Positions 56,760 through 64,000 of a DNA stretch of 64,000 nucleotides are shown here, in pieces. Made by a program: the position numbers and the translations under genes. The number at the start of each line of letters is the position of its first letter. Position 1 is the stretch's first letter. This DNA comes from Eledone cirrhosa (lineage: Eukaryota): assembly GCA_964016885.1 (NCBI GenBank), contig OZ024741.1:223820001-223884000 (forward strand), read 5' to 3'. The notes below the pieces were generated by a model. That model did not search any database. It saw only the letters and a program-made list of their open reading frames with translations, and was not told the origin of the DNA.

Positions 56760-58450
56760 AAAAAGTAGCGATAGTTTTAATGAGAAAGATTTCAGTGAGC
56801 GAGTGAAAACAGAAAATGATAGATAGAAAAATAGACGTAATATAACAGAATAGATTTAGAAAGAGGAGAGAAGGAAGACTGACAGCGAAGGTAGAGAGAT
56901 TGTAAGAGAGTGAGTAAGAGATGATAGAGAGAAAGGTAAATAGAGAAAGAGTTTCGTATAGAGAAAATTAAAGAAAGCAAGGAAATAGACATGTATACAC
57001 ATAATATATATAGAGAGTGAGACTTCTATGAGGTAAAACTAAAAGAAACAACAGAAATAACTAAACATAAGAGATAGGGCAAGGAGACAGGAGGGAAAGA
57101 TAATAGAAAGAAAGAAGTATACAATATAGGAGAGTAATATCGGATTTGGTAATGTTACCAAAGGAAAGAGATATGTTTAGGGGAAGAAAGAAAAAGGGAA
57201 AAGAAAAGTATAATGAGAAGATATTTTGAGAATGAAGAGAGAATTGGAAAATGGTTTGAAGTTGTTCTTAGTAACAACAAGAGGGTGGAAGAGTAGAGAG
57301 GATGTAGGGATAAGGATAGAGAAATGTGAAGACAGAGAGAGAAAGAAAAAGTTAAGGAAGAGGCACACACGATAGTAATAGAAAGAAAAGATCGAACATA
57401 AATAGAAATAAAGTGAGGGAAAATAGTAAAGATAGGAAGAGAAAGAGAAGCTGAATGGAAAAAAGAAAAACGACGAGAGATATACGGCGGAAAGTAGTTC
57501 AAAGTTGTATGATAGCAGCGAAATAACAGAGAGGGGGAGGGGGGAGAAAAGCGCGAAATGGAAAGATATGGAAATGACGACAGAGAAAAAAAAAGAGATG
57601 GAAACAGAATGAATGCGGAAAACGAAAGGGAGTAGATAGAAAATGACAGAGAGGGGGATAGTAAAAGAGAAAGAAAACGTGAAACGTAAAGAGATTAGTC
57701 GGAGAGAGAAGAAAATAATTAGAGGAAGAAAGAATGTGACATAAAGAAAAAGAAGAGAAAATATCCCTGAACAGAGAGAGAGTGAAAGATAAAAGAAAAA
57801 TAGAGAGTAAAAAACTAGAGTGGGAGGAAAAGAGATTGAAAAGGAAAAAAAAAAGAGAGTCAGGTATGCAATGTGAGAGGATGGTAGAAGTAGAAGGATG
57901 AGTAGTAAAACTAGCGGTAGGAGGAGGTGTAAAAAGTCAGTCGGTGAAACAAGCAAGCAAGCAAGCAAGCGGCCAGCCAGGCGGCTTGCTGAGGCACGTT
58001 CCACTTTAGATTGAGAAGACATAAACAGCCTTTGCCAGATCGAAACTCGCTCTGTGCTGAGCAAGAGAGAGGATGAGGAGAGAGAACGAATGCTAATATT
58101 AAATGTTTCTCTGTATGTTCTGTTAGGAAATCAGAGAGAGGGGTATTGTATGTATACCCACTGAAAGAATATAAGATATAGACGGACATAAAGAAACAGG
58201 AAATATAGATAGATAGATAGAGAGAGACGAGAAGAATGTTACAGTAATAGGAATACTAGAGAGACAAAGAGATAGTAGTAAAAAGGTTGAATCAGAGAGA
58301 GGAAGAGAAAGGAGTGTATTGGGAGAGAGAAGTATGGTTACAAAAGTAGTATTAGAATGAGCAAGACAGAAAGATAGAGAATTGGAAGAAGATTAATCAG
58401 AAGTGGAGATAAAAAAAACTCGGAAAAGAATAGAAAACTAGTACGGTGAA
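56760..58450. repeat. Extended GA-rich low-complexity tract
   Basis: Strong purine skew; preceded by a CT-rich tract at 55570-56590. Confidence 0.8.
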
Positions 58451-58534
58451 ACAGATAAGCAGACTATTTAAGAAAGCTTGAAGCAGAGTTCGTGATAAAC
58501 ATGATCACTCTCTCACACACACATTTCTTTCAAA

Positions 58535-58700
58535 CACTCTCTAGTTAGTTATTGCTTATTAACTGCTGTCTCTCTCTCTCTCTCAACCACTCACTAGTTT
58601 ATTAACTCCCCTCTCAACCACTCTCTAGTTAGTTTATTAACTCCTCTCCCTCTTTCAACTACTCTCTAGTTATTGCTTATTAATTCCTCTTTCTCTCTCT
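58535..58700. repeat. Short degenerate tandem repeat
   Basis: About 4 copies of ACTCTCTAGTTAGTTTATTAACTCC-like units. Confidence 0.7.
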
Positions 58701-58948
58701 CTGAGCTGCAATATTTAGCAACTAATTTGTTCTCTCTATATATATCTATGACTCTATCTAGCTCTCCCTTATACATCATCGCTGTAACTCTATTACTAAC
58801 TCTAACCGTTGGTTCTGCTTAAAATGACATTTCAGTTCGGAGTTTTAGTTCAGAAAACTTTTTTCTTTCTTTACATTTACACACACACATATATATATAC
58901 ATATATGTATAATGTATGTATATATATATATATATACATATATATACA

Positions 58949-59016
<68 letters not shown>

Positions 59017-59057
59017 TATACATATACATATATGTATATATACATATATGTATATAC

Positions 59058-59091
<34 letters not shown>

Positions 59092-59184
59092 ATGTATATA
59101 CGTAAGACGTTACTACTACTACCACCACCACTTCCGCACTTTCTATTCTATAAATTAACTCGCCGTCATACATACAATGCGCAC

Positions 59185-59230
<46 letters not shown>

Positions 59231-60799
59231 GTTTACATTTATTCATACGAACAAAAGTATTAAAAATCTATTATAAATATATATATATTTATTTATTTAT
59301 ATATACACATATCTCTCTCTCTCATTACATGTGTGTATATATATAATATAATACACATAAATGATTTCTTGGTTGGTTGTCAGGTGCGCGTTTTTGATAA
59401 TTTTAGTGAAGTTTCTCTCAGCTGACCTATATTTTAATGGTAAAAAGGTGAGGTATGAGGGTAGGGGTGAAGTAAAAGCTAATTTTAAAGTCGACAACAA
59501 CAACAGCAATAATAATGATAATTCAGCAACAATAACAATAACAGCTCAAAACAAATCCATGAAGTAATATTATTTCGTTTATTTTTCCACTGATCTTTCT
59601 CCGTCTCTTGTCAGCTTATAAAGCCTACTCCTTCCTCCATTCCTCTCTATATCTCTTATGTTCCCACTCCACTACTACTATTACACACACTCTCTCTCTC
59701 TCTCTTCATCTTTCTGAATCCGTATCCCTCCTACTTCCACTCTCCTATTACTGTGTGGTTCATTTCTCTACTATTTAATCTCGGCTATCTTTGAGTATAA
59801 TGTGTACATCTGTGTAGCAAGAAAAATAGAGACACGGAGAGGGAGGAAAGAAAGAGAAAAGCAAATAGAGGGAGAATAAAATAAGTAGAGTGATATATAT
59901 ATATACATAAGAGAGGAGGAGAGAGAGAACAACATATAGAGAGAGTAAAGCTGACGCCTGATGCCTGCTAGCAAGCAAGCTATCTGTATAGCCTCTCTTT
60001 CTCTTTCCACATTTCTAACTGCTGAGACTATTTTCTCCCCCTCTCTCTTTCTATTTACATATCTTTGACTGGCTTCAACGTGTCTCTCTTTCTCTCTTCT
60101 CTACTTCGTTCACAAGCTAGTATAGCTGGCTTCGTCTCCCTTTCCCTTGCTGAGTCATCTGAACCGGCCAACTTAGAAGGGCGCACTGGTCGTCTTCACA
60201 ATTATTAACTTCCTGCTTAGTCACGGGAGACAACTACGTGCGGCCTAGCTAAAAAAAACTTTTTTCCTTTCTTCGTCTTTACATTTTCATTCTTTCACCG
60301 TTTCTAATAATTTTGCTTTCATTCTCCCGATTTTTTCTCTGACTCTGTAATTTCGCCTTCTCTCTATCATTCTAGTTATTCTTATTCTCTCTCACTTTGT
60401 GTTATATAAATATTTATCATATTCTCTATCTCTTTGTTTCTCTTTTCTCCTCTTCTGCCACTCCCATAGTATTTTCTCTCTTCCACACTCACGTAATGGC
60501 ACACACATACACACACACACTCAACCTATCCCTCCCTCTCTTTAAATTATACATATACTACAGGCTTTTCTTTCTCACACACTCTTTTTCTCTTCATTGT
60601 TTTTATCCCTCCCTCTACGTCTCATTTAATTAATAAGCCTTTCCTTTTCTTTCCTTATATATATATATATATATAATGAAACAGGTTTATATATTTATAT
60701 GTATATATATATAAACCTGTTTCCTTGCCTTTCTTTCAAAGCTTGGCTCTCGTTTCAGTGTTGATCAGTCGAGCTTCACTTTTTTCTCTTATCAACTTG

Positions 60800-60841
<42 letters not shown>

Positions 60842-61191
60842 TAATCCTGTAATTTACTGTCAACAAATATATATATCTATTGAAGACTTCAAGTTATATA
60901 TATATATTATTTACCTCTCAGTCACATTTCTATTGTCGTTCAGATAGTCTACTTAATTATTTCTATATTTATTTACTATTAATCTAATTTTTAATGTGTT
61001 TATATATATATATAGCGACAGAAGGAAGCTCTTTCGGCTGTTTCTCGCTCGATGTTTCGTCTAATGTTATTTCTGTTTTTAAAAGCTATACTTGACTGTA
61101 GATGTTACAAATATATATATATTATACATCGCGAATATCTACAAGATATTCACAGGAAAAATCTGGCAAATAACAAACGCACACATATGTA

Positions 61192-61240
<49 letters not shown>

Positions 61241-63169
61241 ATAAAGGCAATCTAATCTATTTCTAGTTTGTTTTGTTTTTAACTTTAAACTATTGATTTC
61301 ATGTTTCGTTGCTGTTGCTGAAACTAAAAAAAATATATTGGTTACGCGCAACAGAGGCGTGGTGGCTAGCGAGATAGTGCGCGCATGTGAGTTTATAGCG
61401 AGTGTTTGGTTGTGAGATAGATAGGGTGAGAAGCGTTTTGAATGCCTGTGTGTGTGTGTTCTAGAATGTTTTTTTGTTGTTGTGGGAGAGAGCTTGGTTG
61501 TGTGAAATAGATAAAGATTGGGTGTGTTGGAATATAGTGCTGGCTTGTGTAAGATAGAGTATGTCTATGTAGGAGGTGCATATTTGTTTAAAATACTTTG
61601 AACGGGTTATGCTGTGTTAGAAATAGTGCTTACTTGTGTGATATAGTCAGGGTTTTAAGAACCAGAGCACACACACACGTGTGGGCTAATATATATATAT
61701 ATATATGTAGGTGTGGTTAAATGTGAATATGTGTGCGCATGGTGTGTTAGTTGTGTTTCACAATTAGTGCTTGCCTGACTAATAGAGATAGATTGGGTGA
61801 GAGAACGAGTGCTTATGAAATCGCATATGTTAAAATTGTGTGTATGTTTGAGAATTAGGAGGCCTGTGATGTATGTGTTCATCTAGGAACAGAAAGTGTG
61901 TGTCTCTGTATACGTATATGTTAGAAAAGCAAAACTAGATAGTAATCGAGAGCGGAGAAAGTGCGTGTGTGCTCACGACAGTGCTGGTTTGAGCCGAGCG
62001 TCACGTACCTAGGTCAGTTAAATCAGACGATAAACACATACATGCACACACACACAACTAGTTAGTCAGACATAGCGAGTTCGGTGTTTCTAGCAACTGA
62101 CGAGTTGCGTATCAAAACGGTTCAACTATGTAAGGTAGGCGGCTTCTCTCTACAACGTCTGCTGTCTCCCAATTAGATATTTAACATCCAAAAACTCTAC
62201 AGAAACGACTACCAACCGTTATTATAATTTTTACTTTCTTGACTCATTGATTTCCTATTTATTATTTAACCCCCACTTCACCCACACATACCATAAATCG
62301 TAATGAAAACATTAAGCAAATAAAGCTGCCCTTAACAATATCTTTTCTTTTTTTTGCTTCCTTTGCTTCGTGTATTTTTAAGAAAGGTAGCATTGCTTTT
62401 TCTCTAATCAACCAGTAGTAATGTTTCAATCAAATATACAACTTTTATTTTTCGGGCACACTTCTCAATAAAATGCGATGCAGTACATCATTTTCCAACA
62501 ACACCTAACATAAACACACACACACACACACACACACAGACCTCGACCTTTCTAATAGATATTATATAGTTTCTTCCTGTTTCAGTCGAAATCAAGTCAA
62601 ATTCTATTCTAAAACCCCTATTACTGTTGCTGGTACTCTATTGCAGTCCACAAAAGGACTTTAAAACATAACACACAAGTGCATATGTTTGACAATGTGT
62701 TTATAAATATAATTTTATTTTAGATTACATCTACAGGACCAGTACTGTTTCATTCTATTGTAAAATCATATGTACCTGTAACTCCTGGTTGAGCCATAGG
62801 AGTGCTGAAGTGACATACAGCTTGTCTTGGGTATTTTCTTTTAAAACCTCACAGAGCGCATCACCTCTCCTGGTTGGGAACATAGCTGATTTCTTCAAGA
62901 GTGAGAAAAAAATATAGAGGAAGAATTGACCCAATACTGAACTTATAATTCACCTCAAAAGGATGAAAAGCAAAGTTGACCTTGGCAGGATTGAACTCTA
63001 CAAGCACAAACTTGTTTGAGACACCCACACAGAGCAAGGAAACCATTCTGCATGCAATCATTTACTGGCTATGGTGAAAAAGGTTTTTCTTTTTTGGTGG
63101 AATCAACTGAAAGAATTAGAAAAATCAAGTCTGGTTCATGTGGCCAACTGCTAGCATGTGCCTATAAGC

Positions 63170-63672
63170 CAGGGATTAATAAAATATGTACCAATCAAAT
63201 ATTGGTTCTATAGAATTGACTTTGCCCCCCCCCCCCCCATCAAAATTGCTGGCCTTGTGCCTAAATTAGGAACCAACGTAGAAACAATTATTACTGTCAT
63301 TGCTGAAGGTGATGGAAATTGGAAATGGCAAAATTGGTAGAGAATGAGGCAAAGTACCATGGGGTACTAGTTGTTTCTTTACATTCTGAGTTCAAATCCT
63401 ACTGAAGCTAACTTTACCTTTCATTGTTCTTATTGTCAATGATGGTTGAGGACGGTAGATTGGCAGTATCGGTAGAGCGTCAAACACTTCACTTTGCGGA
63501 ATAGAGTTACGGCTCTTTACGTTCTGAGTTTTAATACCGCTGAGGTTAGCTTTGCCTTTCACCCTTACGGGGTTGATAAAATAAAGTACCAGTAATGCAC
63601 TGGTGTCGATTTAATAGACTTTCTCCGCTCCCCCAAATTGCTAGCCTTGTGCCTAAATCAGAAACCATTATT
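63170..63672 (+). mobile_element. Cluster of SINE A copies (full copy about 63450-63670)
   Basis: Head, core and tail; TTATT(G/A)TCAATGA(T/G)GGTT flanks the full copy. Confidence 0.85.
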
Positions 63673-64000
63673 ATCAATGAGGGTTTGCACTGTTAATATG
63701 ATGATTGCTGCTGACTTTAGACTGGCAGAACTTCTCTGAGTACGTGTGTAGTGCACAGCAGAGCAGACTTTTGTAGGAGAGCAATTTTGATATTATTTAT
63801 TTTGAGAACAGTACCTTAACATAAGTATGAGCAGCCAGTTAGAGGTGAGAACATTCTGGCTGGATATGACCGGTTTAAATACTAAAGAGTTAAGGTCTAT
63901 TTGCTTATGATATCCTCTCAGTTTTAATGGTATCAGCCCAAAGCTCCTATGATAACTCAAATTATTTTGATGTTAGGTTTTGTGGAACCCATTCATACAA

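Noticed and set aside
57177-58064. 295-aa hydrophobic ORF resembling a membrane protein
   Set aside because: F/L/S bias is explained by the CT-rich strand of a GA low-complexity tract; no domain motif

Overview
Repeat-dominated eukaryotic DNA. It is probably from a cephalopod (octopus-like) genome, inferred from my recall of the SINE and RTE tail sequences, not from a search. I find no intact host protein-coding exon; nearly all ORFs in the track are microsatellite or low-complexity artefacts. About 20 kb (2768-23410) is a (TA)n array interrupted mainly by CAG/CTG/G/C. It is split by a 200-N gap, and the two sides carry duplicated unique islands, probably two haplotypes assembled in tandem; only one carries an RTE LINE insertion. 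The rest contains many tRNA-derived SINEs (several with long target-site duplications, TSDs), a near-full-length decayed RTE LINE with a 60-bp tandem expansion in its endonuclease, a second RTE copy, a CRE-type restriction-like endonuclease fragment, Tc1/mariner and hAT MITEs, palindromic elements, three minisatellites, and several Penelope-type minimal hammerhead ribozyme candidates. A SINE-poor stretch at about 54.2-62.8 kb has promoter-like motifs. The most interesting signals are (1) the TA array, whose interruptions match Tc1/mariner excision footprints (TA-CAG-TA / TA-CTG-TA) and sit in strand-switching domains, and (2) hammerhead candidates from unrelated sequence families. Neither establishes a new biological system from sequence alone.
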